NCBI GenBank assembly: GCA_026770705.1
Contig: JANJGN010000005.1
Coordinates: forward strand, 44,082,001-44,146,000
Source of the DNA: Isurus oxyrinchus
Taxonomy: Eukaryota
Reading direction: 5' to 3'
Length of the DNA: 64,000 bases
The notes beneath the pieces were generated by a model. The model did no database searches. It was not told the DNA's origin and saw only the letters and a list, made by a program, of their open reading frames with translations. Positions within the stretch are counted from its first letter, which is position 1. Every line of letters starts with the position of its first letter. The position numbers and the translations under genes are program-made. Shown in pieces: positions 50,340-62,669 of the stretch.

Positions 50340-50790
50340 GTATTTATGTAGCTGGTCCAGTTAAATTTCTGGTCAATGGTAACCCCCAGGATGTTGATAG
50401 TTTGATTGATTGATTGAGTGATGTAATGCCATTGAATGTCAAGGGGAGATGGTCAGATGGTGCTGAACATTGTGCAATTTTTCTTTATTCTTTCATGGGA
50501 TGTGAGCATTGCTGGCAAGGCCAACCTTTGTTGCCCATCCCTAATTGAACTGAGTGGTTTGTTCAGCCATTTCAGAGGGCAGTTAAGAGTCAACCATATT
50601 TCTATGGGTGAACATACCCACATAACATCATTAGTGAACATACCCATTTCTGACCTCATGATGGAGGGAAGGTCATTGATGAAGCAGCTGAAGATGGTTG
50701 GGCCAAGGACACTACCCTGAGGAACTCCTGCAGTGATGTCCTGGGACTGAGATGATTGACCTGCAACAACCACAACCATCTTCCTTTATG
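50340..50790 (-). mobile_element. HER1-like RT fragment with an HE1 tail fragment inside
   Basis: ORF 50453..50779 (GVPQGSVLGPTIFSCFINDLPSI). Confidence 0.8.
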
Positions 50791-50934
50791 CTTTATTGCG
50801 CCATCCCAGTTAGGGGTGGCAGGTAGGAGGAAAAGACGGAAGCTGGAAGTTAAGCAGCCAAGTTATAGGGCACCTGCCATTCATGACTTTGGCTGCATGG
50901 AAGACTAATTGTGCTGACTGTGAAGAAACAGAGG

Positions 50935-51190
50935 ATCAGAATGGAGATATGGCATGTAGGGGCAGCCGCAGGTTTCAATGACTCCACCCTAGAGATCATG
51001 TTGAAGGTGGTGAGGGCCTACAGGCATATACTGTTTACTGACACCAGGAGGTGGAGGCCATTAGCACACCCAAAGCAGGCATGGCTGGAGATGATGCAGG
51101 ACGTCTCCATCAGCAGTGTTGTAGCAAGGACCTGGATTCATTGCTGGAAGTGATTGCAGGCAATTGGTTGACCTCCTGATGTCTGAGAAG
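50935..51190 (+). pseudogene. Myb/SANT-like DNA-binding ORF remnant of a Harbinger transposon
   Basis: AAAGFNDSTLEIMLKVVRAYRHILF...KQAWLEMMQDVS...RTWIHCWK fits the Myb_DNA-bind_5/MSANTD pattern F.....L.......LF...W......RT..QC.. Confidence 0.75.
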
Positions 51191-51244
51191 GTGTTAACTC
51201 AACACCTTGCATGTGTAAAGGAGTGGTGAGCACAGCTGGCTTCT

Positions 51245-52097
51245 GCACAAGAACACGCAAGAATTAGGGGTAGGAGTAAGCCATTCAGCTCCTTGAGCCT
51301 ACTCTGCCAATAGGATTAAGGTTGATATGATTTTGGCCTCAACTCCACTTTCCTGTTTGCCCCACATAACCTTTGACTCCCTTGCTGATCAAAAATCTAA
51401 TTAACTCAGGCATGAAGACATTCACTGGCCCAGCCTCCACAGCTCTCTGGGGAAGAGAATTTCAGAGACCAATGGCCCTCTGAGAGAAATAATTTCTCCT
51501 TGCCTCTCAGCATCCACCTTGTCGAATCTTATTCAGGGTCTTATATGGTTCAATCAGGTCACCACTCATTCTTCTATACTCCAATAGCTCTAGCTCCACC
51601 ATGCTCAATCGTTCCTCATAAGATAACCCCTTCATTCCAGGAATCAGCTGAGTGAACTGCTTCAAATGCAATTATATTTTTTCTTAAGTAAGGAAACCAA
51701 GACTACATAGATGTGATCTCCCAATGCCTTGTACACCTGTCCATAACATTCCTACATTTAACTCAATTCCCCTTGCAATAAAAGCCAACATTCCATTTAC
51801 CTTACTAATCACTTGCTGCAACTGCATACCAACTTCTTGTGATTCATGTACCTGGATATCTAGATCCCTCTGTACTGTAGAGTTCTGCAGTCTCTCTCTA
51901 CTCAAATAATTTACTGCTTTTCTATTCTTTCTGATAAAAGTGGACAGGTTCACATTTTCCCATATTCTACTCCATCTGCCAATTTTTGCCCACACACTTA
52001 ACCTATTTAAACCCCTCTGCAGTCTCTTTATGTCCTTTTGCCAAATTACTTTACACACATCTTTCTGTCATTAGCAAATTTAGCTACCATACATTCA
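51245..52097 (-). mobile_element. CR1 LINE 3' part (minus)
   Basis: ORF 51684..52058 (STVQRDLDIQVHESQ...NGMLAFIARGIE). Confidence 0.85.
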
Positions 52098-52550
52098 GTG
52101 AGTTTGAGAGATTGCAGAGCTCCGAGGTGCAGATGGATCTGGTTGTCCTAGAGTATTAATCGCAAAAAGTTAGTATGCAGGTACAGCAAATAATTAGCAA
52201 AGCTAATAGAATATTATTGTTCATTGTGAGCGGAATTGAATACAAGAGTAGGGAGGTATGTTTCAGTTGTACAGGGCATTGGTGAGACCACATTTGGAGT
52301 ACTGTGTACAGTATTCCTTATTTAAGGAAGGATGTAAATGCATTGGAAGCAGTTCAGAGAAGGTTTACTAAACTAATACCTGCAATGGGCAGGTTGTCTT
52401 ATGAGGAAAGGTTGGATGGGCTAAGCTTGAAGAATAAGAGTTTAGAAGAGTTTAGAGGAATAATAGGTGACATGGTTGAAACATATAAGATCCTGAGGGA
52501 TCTTGACAGGGTGGATGTGGAATGGATGTTTCCTCTTGTAGGAGATACTG
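52098..52550 (+). mobile_element. CR1 LINE fragment (plus), head-to-head with the previous copy
   Basis: ORF 52304..52570 (PYLRKDVNALEAVQRRFTKLIP). Confidence 0.85.
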
Positions 52551-53667
52551 GCACCTTGATGGGTCCTTGATTGCATGTAGAATGTTTGGCAAAAAGTGAG
52601 GAGCATATCACATAGGAACAGATGATGGAGGTAGTAAAAGCTCTCCCATTGGAGAGCAGAGAACAGCAACAGCCGTACTCAACCCATCAGAAATGCTGAG
52701 CCTTAGGGGCTCAGGCACAAAATTTGTGCTGGTGGAGCAGCAAAGACAGATCTGCCAGAGATTTCTGAGGCAATGTGTGCCCTTGGGCAGAAAATACAGG
52801 AGTCCATTCATGCTATGAATGGTACCATCTCTCAGTCAATTGAGCACGAGTTCCTCCATTGAAAGGGAGGCCATCCTCATGGAAACTTATATACACCAGG
52901 ATATAGGAGCAGTGAATTGGCCTCAATTATGTGGCTGCAATGCCACATGATTCTGTTGCAGCAATGGCATACTGAGGCATGGAAGAAACTAGATATTCTC
53001 CCTCTCCTGGATAGCAGCCAAGTTTTTTTAAATTCTTTCATGGGATGTGGGCTTCACTGACTAGACCAGCATTTATTGCCCATCCCTAATTGCCCTCAAG
53101 AAGGTGGTGGTGAGCTGCCTTCTTGAACCACTGCAGTTCATGTGGTGTAGCACACCCACAGTGCTGTTAGGAAGGGAGTTCCAGGATTTTGACCCAGTGA
53201 CAGCGAAGGAATGGCAATATATTTCTAAGTAATGGTGTGGCCTGAAAGGGCTAAGCTAGGTTGGCCTGTAAGCAATGGGGTGCATCTTCATGGCACCCTG
53301 TGTCATTGGCTGGCTGGCCGCTGCATCCTGCCCACATGACCCAGGCTGCCCACTGCATAGGAGGCAGCAGCCATTGGCACCTCCAGAGCAAGGACGATAG
53401 TGGATTGCCGCTACATCGCCTCATTCACAGGAGGAGCACCTTGTGAAAGCGTACGGAAAAGATCACAGAAATTGCTTTAGAATCACTCTAGGGTCACTTG
53501 GATGGCATCACGTACTGACATGTAAATATTATATCCAAATGAATGAAGATTCCTTTCTTCTCAACCTCACAAGTGCCATGCGTTTCTTTGTTATGCAATT
53601 ATAATGTTATAATGTGGGGCTCTAGGCACTCAGATTTCATTGATAGCAGTTTTGAAGACACAGTCTG

Positions 53668-54000
53668 AGTTTTTTTTTTATTCGTTCATGGGATGTGGGA
53701 AGCGCTGGCTAGGCCAGCATTTATTGCCCAATGCTGTTGTGAAGAGGGCATTTAAGAGCCGACCACATTGCTATGAGTCTGGAGTCACATGTAGGCAAGA
53801 CCAGGTAAGGATAGCAGATTTCCTTCCTTAAAGGACATTAGTGACAATTGGCAATGGTTTCGTGTCCATCATCAGACTTTTAATTCCAGATTTTATCAAA
53901 TTCAAATTTCAACATCTACCATGGTGGGATTCCAACCCGAGCATTATCTTGGGTCTATGGAATACTAGTCTAGTGACAATAACATTATGCCACCACCTCC
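53668..54000 (-). mobile_element. HE1-like SINE
   Basis: Match to the other copies. Confidence 0.8.
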
Positions 54001-54149
54001 ATGTGTGAGTGGCATGGGTGATGTTTATGTGAAAGGCATGATGGGGAGAAGTACTGTTGATAAAGGAATGATGGTTACCTATGGTAGGGATGTCAAACGT
54101 GGCAGGATGGGAACCCTCCAACGCAAGAGTGGCTCTTCTCATGTGAATC

Positions 54150-54850
54150 TGACATGGCTAAGGGTCTCCCTTGCATGCTGCTATGCAGGTACCCCTGCTG
54201 ATGCCTCAGTAGCACCGGAGCATGGACTGGCTGCTCTGCCTGCTCACCTCCTTCATCCTCCACCTCCTCTGAGGATGGCTGTGGCTCATGTCCTTCATAT
54301 GAATTCAGTTCCTTGCCTCTCTGCATTGCCAAAGTGCAGTAGACCACCACAATGCATAATGCCCATATTGCAAGGCTCCTCCAGGCCAATCAAGGCAGGG
54401 AAGCACATCTTTAGGAGCCCTAATGCCTGATCAATGGTTGCCTCCAGGGCATGGCAGAAGTTGTACTTTTCCTCTGCTTCTATCGATGGGCTATGTACTG
54501 GTGTCAAGAGATATTTCTTGAAGGGATATTCCCCAGGGTCCACCCACAAAGGTTGGGGTTGGGGGGGGGGGGGGGGGGGGGGGGGGTGGGGCGGGGTGGG
54601 GGGGGGGGGGGGGGTTGCAGGGGGCTGGGGTGGTTGTGGAGGTGTTAGGGGTGGGCTGTGAAAAGTTGAGGAGCCTGAAACTGCCTCAAGGTGAGAAAAT
54701 CATGGCAACAGCCAAGGAATTTTTCACATACTTGGATGATTCGCTTGCGGTGGTCTCAAATGAGCTGAATGTTCAAGGAATGGATATCCTTCCTATTGAC
54801 GAATTCCCCTGTTTGCTCTGACAGTATCTTAATGGCCACATGGGTACATA
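54150..54850 (-). pseudogene. Harbinger/PIF DDE transposase remnant (DDE_Tnp_4 type)
   Basis: [35 protein letters not shown] and YPFKKYLLTPVHSPSIEAEEKYNFCH...ATIDQALGLLKMCF, similar to the Harbinger NRKGFHSLNVQ...GSxHD...GDxGYP...EERYNxxH...IEQAIGLLKMRF motifs. Confidence 0.85.
54551..54655 (+). repeat. Poly-G / G-rich tract (26-G and 17-G runs)
   Basis: Seen directly in the sequence. Confidence 0.9.
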
Positions 54851-55214
54851 ATATGAGTGACTGCTCTTCAAACTGCAATTCATTGGTTGTGAAGATCTTT
54901 GGGAAGTCTCGAGGACATGATAAGGCATCATATAAATGGAAAGTTCTTACTTCTTTCTTCCCTTCATCATGTCTGATTGAAGTGCCTTAAAATGTTAAGG
55001 GGACATTTCTGAACTCTGGGTTAGCTTCTGCTGTTCTGCATCATTTCCTATTGCAGGGATGTCACATCCTATCAGATGCTATGTTTGAACACTGCTGGCA
55101 GAAAGATAGTGATACCAAACACCAGAATCTTTTACATTGGAAATCTCAATCAGGATTGGTAGACAGGGTTCATTACCACTGGACGTCTCAAAGCACTTTA
55201 TAGCCGATGAAGTA

Positions 55215-55855
55215 CTTATGAACATACAAAATAGAAGTAGAAGGAGACCATTCAGCCCCTTGAGCCCACTCTGCCATTCAATAAGATCATGGCTGATCTG
55301 ATTGCGTTTTAAATTCCACATTCCCATTTACCCCTGATAACCTTTGATTCCCTTGCCGAACAAGAATCTATCTACCTCTGCCTTAAAAATATTCAATGAC
55401 CACCCCCTTCACCACCTTCTGAGGCAGAGAGTTCCAAAGTCAAACAACCCACTGAGAGAAAAAAATTCTCATCTCTGTCCTAAAAGGGCGACTCCTAATT
55501 TTAAAACAATGCTGGACTCACCCACAGCAGGAAACATCCTTTCCACATCCACCTCATAAAGATCGTTCAAGATCTTATCAAGTCACCCCTCATTCTTCTA
55601 AACTCCAGTGGAAACAAGCCCAGTCTGTCCAACTTTTCCTCATAAGACAACCTGGTCATTCCAGGTATCAATCTAGTAAACCTCCTCTGAACCGCCTCCA
55701 ACGCATTTATATCCTTCCTTAAATAAGACCAAAACTGCACACAGTATTTGAGATGTGGTCTCACCAATCCCCTGTATAACTGAAGCATAACATCCTTACT
55801 TTTATGTTCAATCCCTCTTGTAATAAAGGATAGCATTCCATTAGCCTTTTTATGT
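55215..55855 (-). mobile_element. CR1 3' fragment inserted into a SacSINE1-like SINE (55185-55215 and 55875-56180)
   Basis: ORF 55567..55866 (LVRPHLKYCVQFWS...EFRRMRGDLI); SINE halves on either side. Confidence 0.85.
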
Positions 55856-56789
55856 GTAGGCTGCAATACTGATGTATTGTAGGAAACATGGTAGTTAATT
55901 TGTACTCAACAAACTCCCACAAACAGCAATGAGATAATATTTTTGTGACGTTGGTTGAGGGATGAATCTTGGTCAGAACACCAGAGATAACTCCCCTGCT
56001 CTTCTTTGAAATAGTTCCCTGAGATCTGTTACCCAAGCAGGCAGATGGGGCCTCAATTTAACATCTCATTTGAAAGACGGCATCTCTGACAGTGCAGTGC
56101 TCCCTCAGTATTGCAGTGTCAACCTTGATTTTTGTGCTAAAGTCCTGGAGTGGGATTTGAACCCGGAATCTTGAGATAAGACTGGCAAGGAGGGAAGGGA
56201 AAGAAGAAAGAAGGGAAAGGGGAAAGGAAGGGAGCAAGGAAGGAAAGTAATTAAGTAGGTGCTGCACCTGATGACCAGGACACCGGGGATAACTTCCCTA
56301 TTCTTCGCAGAATAGTGCTGTGGGTTCTCTTCGGCCCACCTGAGAGGGCCGATAGGAGCCTCAGTTTGTTAGGATTTTTTTTCCTTGTGTAGCAGCGTGA
56401 GGTCTAGAGCATGATGGCTGGAATATGTCAGTTGGGGTGTAATGTATGCAGTGTGACATCTTGAATGAGATGTGTGCAGCAGGATATCAGTACTGCGATG
56501 TATATGTGATAGACACATAAATGGATATAGGAACTTCATTCACTTCTATGAATAAGTAACTGCACATCCTCTATGTAAAATGTACTCCTGTTACATAAAC
56601 AAATGGTTAAATGGGGAGGGGTGAAATTCCTCTTGATATTCCATGATGCTAAGCTGATATATGGGAAGCAGATTATATTTCAGCACTTTCCTTCACTTTG
56701 TACCTTAGAAAATCCAGTGTTTTTCTTCTGGATGAGTGAGGAATTGTTCACTAGTTGTCAGTATTTTCAACATGGCATGGGGAGCAGGG

Positions 56790-57165
56790 CGGGGAGGCAG
56801 GGCCAGTGAGGTGTTACATTCATACCTCTGGGTCAGAAGGTCTAGGTTCAAGTCTTGCTTCAGGACTTGATGGCCATGGTAGGTACCTTCATAAGATGGC
56901 CAAACATGTTGATTATCAGCCTGTAAATCCTTCTAATGAACCTGATGGCATGTCTTAAGAGTGGGAGAGTTTCCTATTCAGTCATACTGCAGAAGGCAAT
57001 AGCAAACCACTGCAGTGCTTTATTTTATTCATTAATGGGAGATGGGCATCGTTGGCTAGACCAGCATTTATTGCCCATGTCTTTGCCAAGCATAATCATG
57101 GACCAATCCAATGGAAGTCCCTGGCTGCCAATGTCCTCTGAGAGTATGGCACCTGAAGGAGGAGG
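56790..57165 (+). mobile_element. tRNA-derived SINE with an RTE-type 3' tail
   Basis: Head with aggttcaagtc B-box; tail gaaggcaatagcaaaccactgcagt resembles RTE/BovB 3' ends; HE1 tail fragment inserted at ~57025-57080. Confidence 0.55.
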
Positions 57166-57949
57166 GGGATTATATAGCGGAGGGAAAATGGTTAATGAAT
57201 GCAAAAAGTAATCTGAACTTTGTATATGGAGAAATCATTGTGAAAGATCAAAGCGCAGGAGCACTGACCAAGCTGAAAGACAGAGAAGCTGAATGTGTTA
57301 AGAGAACGTGACCAGATGCACATCCTGACTCACCTTGTCTAATTAAGAGTAAGTAACTCGAGGGTATTCTGCTTGTTTCAAAATGACCATTAAAATGCAA
57401 AGCAACCTTTAGTTCGTGCTAATGATAGAGTTCATTGATAACAGCCAACCTTGTACGAACCAATCGACTGTTTTCAGGGTTATAAGAGATTCCCTGAAAG
57501 GAGGTTTATGAGTGAGGATGCAATCCTTTGAAGAAGAGGTCTCAGGGGTCTGATATATTTCCGACTCTCATCACAAGAGACTGTCTTTACTGCTGCTGAG
57601 AGCTCCATTAAGGCCCTTTCAAAGATTGATGCTGGTAACTAGATATCCAATTTTGTGGCATCTTCCTAGACTGGGAGGCAGTGGAAACGGATCAGCTGAG
57701 TTAGCAACATCCTCAACCCCCTGTTAAACCTGATACCCAATGCTCCAGCCCCCTCTGTCTTACTACAGGTGGATGGCTCCAGCCTGTATTGATTTTGACA
57801 TCTGGTAAAACATTAAAGGATATATCTGTTTCTTTATAAACATTTGTAACATTGGTAAAGGGCTGTGTGTCAGTGTAAGTGATTAGAGATCATCACTCAC
57901 TTCGCTCAAAACATTCCTGCAGCTGAACAGACTGAACAGCACACTGCGT

Positions 57950-58126
57950 TAACAAAAACAGAAAATGCTGGAAAAACTCAGCAGGTCTAACAGCATCTGT
58001 GAAATCATACAGACTTGAAACGTTAATTCTGCTTTTCTCTCCACAGATACTGTTAGACCTGCTGAGTTTTTCCAGCATTTTCTGTTTTTGTTTCAGATTT
58101 CCAGCATCTGCAGTATTTTGCTTTTA
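57950..58126. repeat. Penelope-terminus palindrome
   Basis: aacaaaaacagaaaatgctggaaaaactcagcaggtctaacagcatctgtg / cacagatactgttagacctgctgagtttttccagcattttctgtttttgtt, about 50-bp arms. Confidence 0.8.
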
Positions 58127-58239
58127 ATACACTGAGTTACTTCATATGTCTGTGAGGAGGTGCTAAATGGAAGCAAAACACTTTGCCATTTAAGTAAGGG
58201 AAATTATAATATTTTAGTAATTAATACTACATTTGGAAC

Positions 58240-58968
58240 TCCTCAGATACTGAAGCAGCCCATGTCCATATGCAGCATAACCTAGACAATATTCAGGCTT
58301 GGGCTGATAAGTGGCAAGTAACATTTGCGCCATACAAGTGCCAGGCAATGACCATCTCCAACAAGGGAGAATCTAACCATTCAATGGCATTACCATTGCT
58401 GAATCCCCCAGCACTAACATTCTGGGGATTACTATTGACCAGAAACTGAACTAAACTAAATATCTAAATGCTGTTGCTATAAGAGCAGGTCAGAGGCTGG
58501 GAATTCTGCTGAGAGTAACTAATGCTCTGACTCCCCAAACCCTGTCCACCATCCACAAGGCACAAGTCAGGAGTGTGATAAAATATCTCCACCTGGCTGG
58601 GTGAATGCAGATCTAACAATGCTCAAGAAGCTCGACAACATCCAGGACAAAGCAGCGTTCTTGATTAGCATGCCATCCATAAGCCTGCGACCTCTACCAC
58701 TTAAAAGGTCAATGGCAGCAGATGCATGGAACACAACCACCGCTAAGTTCCCTCCAAGTTACGCACCATCCTGACTTGAAACCAAATCATCATTCCTTCA
58801 ATCACTGGATCAAAATCCTGGAACTCACTTCCTAACAACGCTATGGGTGATCCTAATCATATGGACTGCAGCGGTTCACCACCTTCTCACAGGCAATTAG
58901 GGATGGGCAATAAATGCTGGCCTAACCAGGGATGCTGAAACTCCATGAATGAATGAATGATAAAAAAA
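58240..58968 (+). mobile_element. HER1-like LINE 3' part
   Basis: AWADKWQVTFAPYKCQAMTISNK through the shared 3' tail. Confidence 0.85.
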
Positions 58969-59579
58969 ACCTGACAACTTTCTGGTTAAAAAGTACCCTT
59001 TTTAAAAGCTTCTTTCATGGGGTGTGGGCATCATTGGCAAAGCCAGCATTTGTTGCCTATCTCTAATTTCTCTTGAACTGAATGGCATGCAAGGCCATTT
59101 CAGAGAGGTCCTCCTGATGAAATATTGAGTAGATGAATCGTGTATTGGGACATGGATCATGCAGTCTTTGAAATCGAAGTTCATGGTTAGCTGATCTCAG
59201 TCAGGTGTGCTACAATTGGCCTCAGCATACCTGTGTCAATGAGGAGGTGTCAACCAGGGTGCCCTCTCCTGATTATCAGTGTACCACACTGGAAGGTGGA
59301 CAAATGTGCATGTTGGATGAAAATGGAACAGCCTCGGCTGATCTGTAAGCCATTGTTATACATTCCCACACATTTGTACCATGTACCACAGAAGCTGGCA
59401 CATGGTGCTAACTAGAATCCAACCCCAGTCACTCCAACTGATGTACAGGGAGCTGGAGTCAAATTGCTTTTGTTTTACAAATTAGTGATTCCTATCTAGT
59501 GCTAACTTGATTGGAAAGGGCACAGAAGGATTGAACTCAGATGTGATATTCCCCCTCCTCAACCGCCACCCCCAAAAAC

Positions 59580-60135
59580 CACCGTACAGAAACAGAAAAT
59601 TTATGGCACTGAAGGAGGCCATTTGGTCCATTGAGTCCATGCCAGCTGCAATAGAGCTATCCAGCTTAAACCCACCTTCCAGATTTTGGTCCATAGTCCT
59701 GTAAGTTACAGCACTTCAAGCGCTTATTCAAGCTTTTTTTATAATGCAATGAGGGTTCCTGCATCTCGTACCCTTTTAGGCAGCAAGTTCCAGACCCTCA
59801 GCACCTTGAGCGAAGAACAAGTCTCCTTGACTCCCCTCTAATCCTTCTGCCAATTATTTCAAATCTATGACCTTTGGTATTGACCTCTTTGCTAATGGAA
59901 ATAGATCCTTCCTAACCGCTCTGTCTAGATATCTCATAATTTTATTCACCTTAATTAAATCTCCCCTCAGCCATCTCTGTTCCAAAGAAAATAATCCCAG
60001 CCTATGAAATCTTCCTTTGTGGTTAAAATTCTCCATACTTGGTACATCTTTGCATTTTATGGTGTTTTATACAGTTCTAACACAACCTCTCTGCTCTTAT
60101 ATTCTATGCCTTCACTAATAAAGGAAAGTATGCCT
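59580..60135 (-). mobile_element. CR1 3' fragment
   Basis: ORF 59854..60036 (LGLFSLEQRWLRGDLIKV). Confidence 0.8.
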
Positions 60136-60399
60136 TCGTCAACTCTACTCTGTCCCTCTCTACCATAAAAGAACTTTGTGAGGCTCACTTGAAGAACAGG
60201 ATTACATAGGGTCATTGGCTTCTGTGGAACCATATCTCAGCTGGACTCAGAAGGAGTTACAAACCACACAGCACTCCTCTGTAAACTAAAGCCAAAGCAA
60301 TATCGTGGTGCTGGAATAAAGAGAGAGCAAGAAAGACGTAACAATAATGTAAGAAACCCGAATTGTCTACATGGCACTCAAGAGGAAATGGATACAAAT

Positions 60400-62660
60400 G
60401 TATGAACATACGAATTAGGAGCAGGAATAGGCCACTTGGCCCCTTTAGCCTGCTCTGCCATTCAATAAGATCATGGCTCATCTAATTTTAACCTCAACTC
60501 CATATTCCTGCCTACCGCTGATTCCCTTTCACCCACCTTACTTATCAAGAATTTATCTACCTCTGCCTTAAAGAATTTCAAAGACTCTGCCTCAACCACC
60601 TTTTGAAGAAGAGAAATCCAAAGTCTCACAACTCTGAGAGAAAACATTTTTCCTCATCTCTATCTTAAATGGGTGACCCCAAGTTCTAGATTCTCCCACA
60701 AAGAAAAACATCCTCTCCACATCCACACTGTCAAGACCCCTCAGGATCTTAAAGGTTTCAATCAAGTCACTTCTTACTCTTCCAAACTCCAGCGGATACA
60801 AACCTAGCCTGTCCAGCCTTTCTTCATAAGATAACCCATCCATTCCAGGTATTAATCTAGTAAACCTTCTCTGAACTGCTTCTAATGCATTTACATCTTT
60901 CCTTAAATAAGGAGACCAGTACTGTACACAGTGCTCCAGATGTGGTCTCACCAGTGCCCTGTACAGCTGAAGCATAACTTCCCTACTCTTGTACTCAATT
61001 CCCCTTGCAATAAACAATAACATTCTATTATCTTTGCTCATTACCTGCTGTACCTGCTAACTAACCTTTTGTGATTCATGCACCAAGACACCCAGATCCC
61101 TCTGCATCGCAGAGCTCTGCAATCTCTCACCATTTCGATAATATGCTTATCTTTTATTTGTCCTGCCGAAATGGACAACCTCACATTTTCCCATATTATA
61201 ATCTATTTGCCAACCTTTGCCCACTCACCACATCTATCTATATACATTTGTAGCCTCCTTATGTCCTCTTGACAACTTACCTTCCTACCTATCTTTGTGT
61301 CATTAGCAAATTTAGCAACCATACCATCGATCTCTTAATCCAAATCACTTATATAAATTATAAGGAGTTGAGGCCCAGCACTGATCCCTGTGGCACGCCA
61401 CTTGTCACATTCTGCCAACCAGAAAATGACAGATTTATGCCTACTCTGTTGCCTGTTAGCTAACCAATCTTCTATCCATGCCAATATGTTACCCCCTACA
61501 TCATGAACTTTTATTTTTCACAATAACCTTTGATGAGGTGCCTTATCAAATGCCTTCTGAAAATCTAAGTACAGCCCATCCACTGATTCTCCTTAATCCA
61601 CATCACATGTTACTTCTTTAAAGAACTCCAATAAATTGGTTAAACATGATTTCCCTTTCACAAAACCATGTTGATTCTGCCTGATTACCTTGAATCTATC
61701 CAAGTGCCTTGCTATAACTTTTAATAATAGCTGCTAATATTTTCTAATATATGACAGATGTGAAGCTAACTGGCCTATACTTGCCTGCTTTCTATCCCTC
61801 CTTTTTTGAATAAAGGGCTACATTAGCTATTTTGTAATCAAATGGAACCTTCCCCAAATCTAGTGATTTTTTGGAAAATTAGTGGGATGCATCAACCATC
61901 CCACTAGCCACTTATTTTAAGGCCCTAGGGTGAAATCCATCAGGACCCAGGGACTTGTCAACCAGCAGTCCCAACAATTTGCTAAATACCACTTTCCTGG
62001 CGATTGTAATTTTTTTGAGTTCCTCCCTCTCTTCCAATTCCTGATTTATAGCTATTTCTGGGATGTTACTTGGATCCTCTATAGTGAACATCGATGCAAA
62101 AAACCTATTCAATTCATACAGCATCTCCTTGTTTCCTGACAAGCTCTCTTTTCTTTGATACCCCATCCCGCTGTGTGATTACTGTTAGGAGGCCTGTACA
62201 CCATTCCCACAAGTGACTGCTTACCTTTATCATTCCTCATCTTTACCCAAACCACATCTACATCCTGGTTTCCAGAAGTTAGGTCATCCTTCTCTCTTGT
62301 GCTAATGTCATCTTTAATTAACAGAACCACCCCTCCATTTTTTCCTAACTTCCTATCCTTCCTAAATGTCACTTTGTGACAATATTCAATATTCATGTCC
62401 CAATCTATGCCATTCTGCCAAGTCTCTTTAATAGCTATTAGATCATGCTTATTTATCTCTATTTGCACCATCAGTTCATTCAGATACGTTGCCCAGTTCA
62501 TTGCCTTATGTTTTGTCCTTTTATTATTTTTGTAAGCTCTAGCCTTATCTGTTGATTTACTCTTAGATTTTTACACTGTACTCTCTGCCCCTTCCTGTCA
62601 TGGTCTGTTTATCATTTCCCTTGTTAATACCTTTCTCTCCTACCTTGTCTCTACTCTTTG
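60400..62660 (-). mobile_element. CR1 LINE with endonuclease and RT remnants (internal deletion)
   Basis: ORFs 62109..62501 (DLIAIKETW...FRKDRK...GGV...GMVYRPPN), 61912..62166 and 60592..61041. Confidence 0.9.
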
Positions 62661-62669
62661 ATATACACA

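Noticed and set aside
54295-54549. HARBI1-like peptide as the domesticated HARBI1 gene
   Set aside because: Frameshifts, stops, altered catalytic motifs and an intronic TE context indicate a dead transposon
54434-54661. Gly-rich ORFs
   Set aside because: Translation artefact of the poly-G tract
57333-57390. AAG|gtgagt donor on the minus strand as a candidate for the missing 48-bp exon 4
   Set aside because: Upstream translation does not resemble WLRKQFY..DR and there is no fitting acceptor; exon 4 is probably beyond the window
60189-60310. 122-bp segment on the minus strand with a good acceptor (ctctctttattccag) and donor (gtgag), as a possible upstream PLC exon
   Set aside because: Stop codons in all three frames and no similarity to PLC-gamma exons 3 or 4; at most a cryptic pseudo-exon
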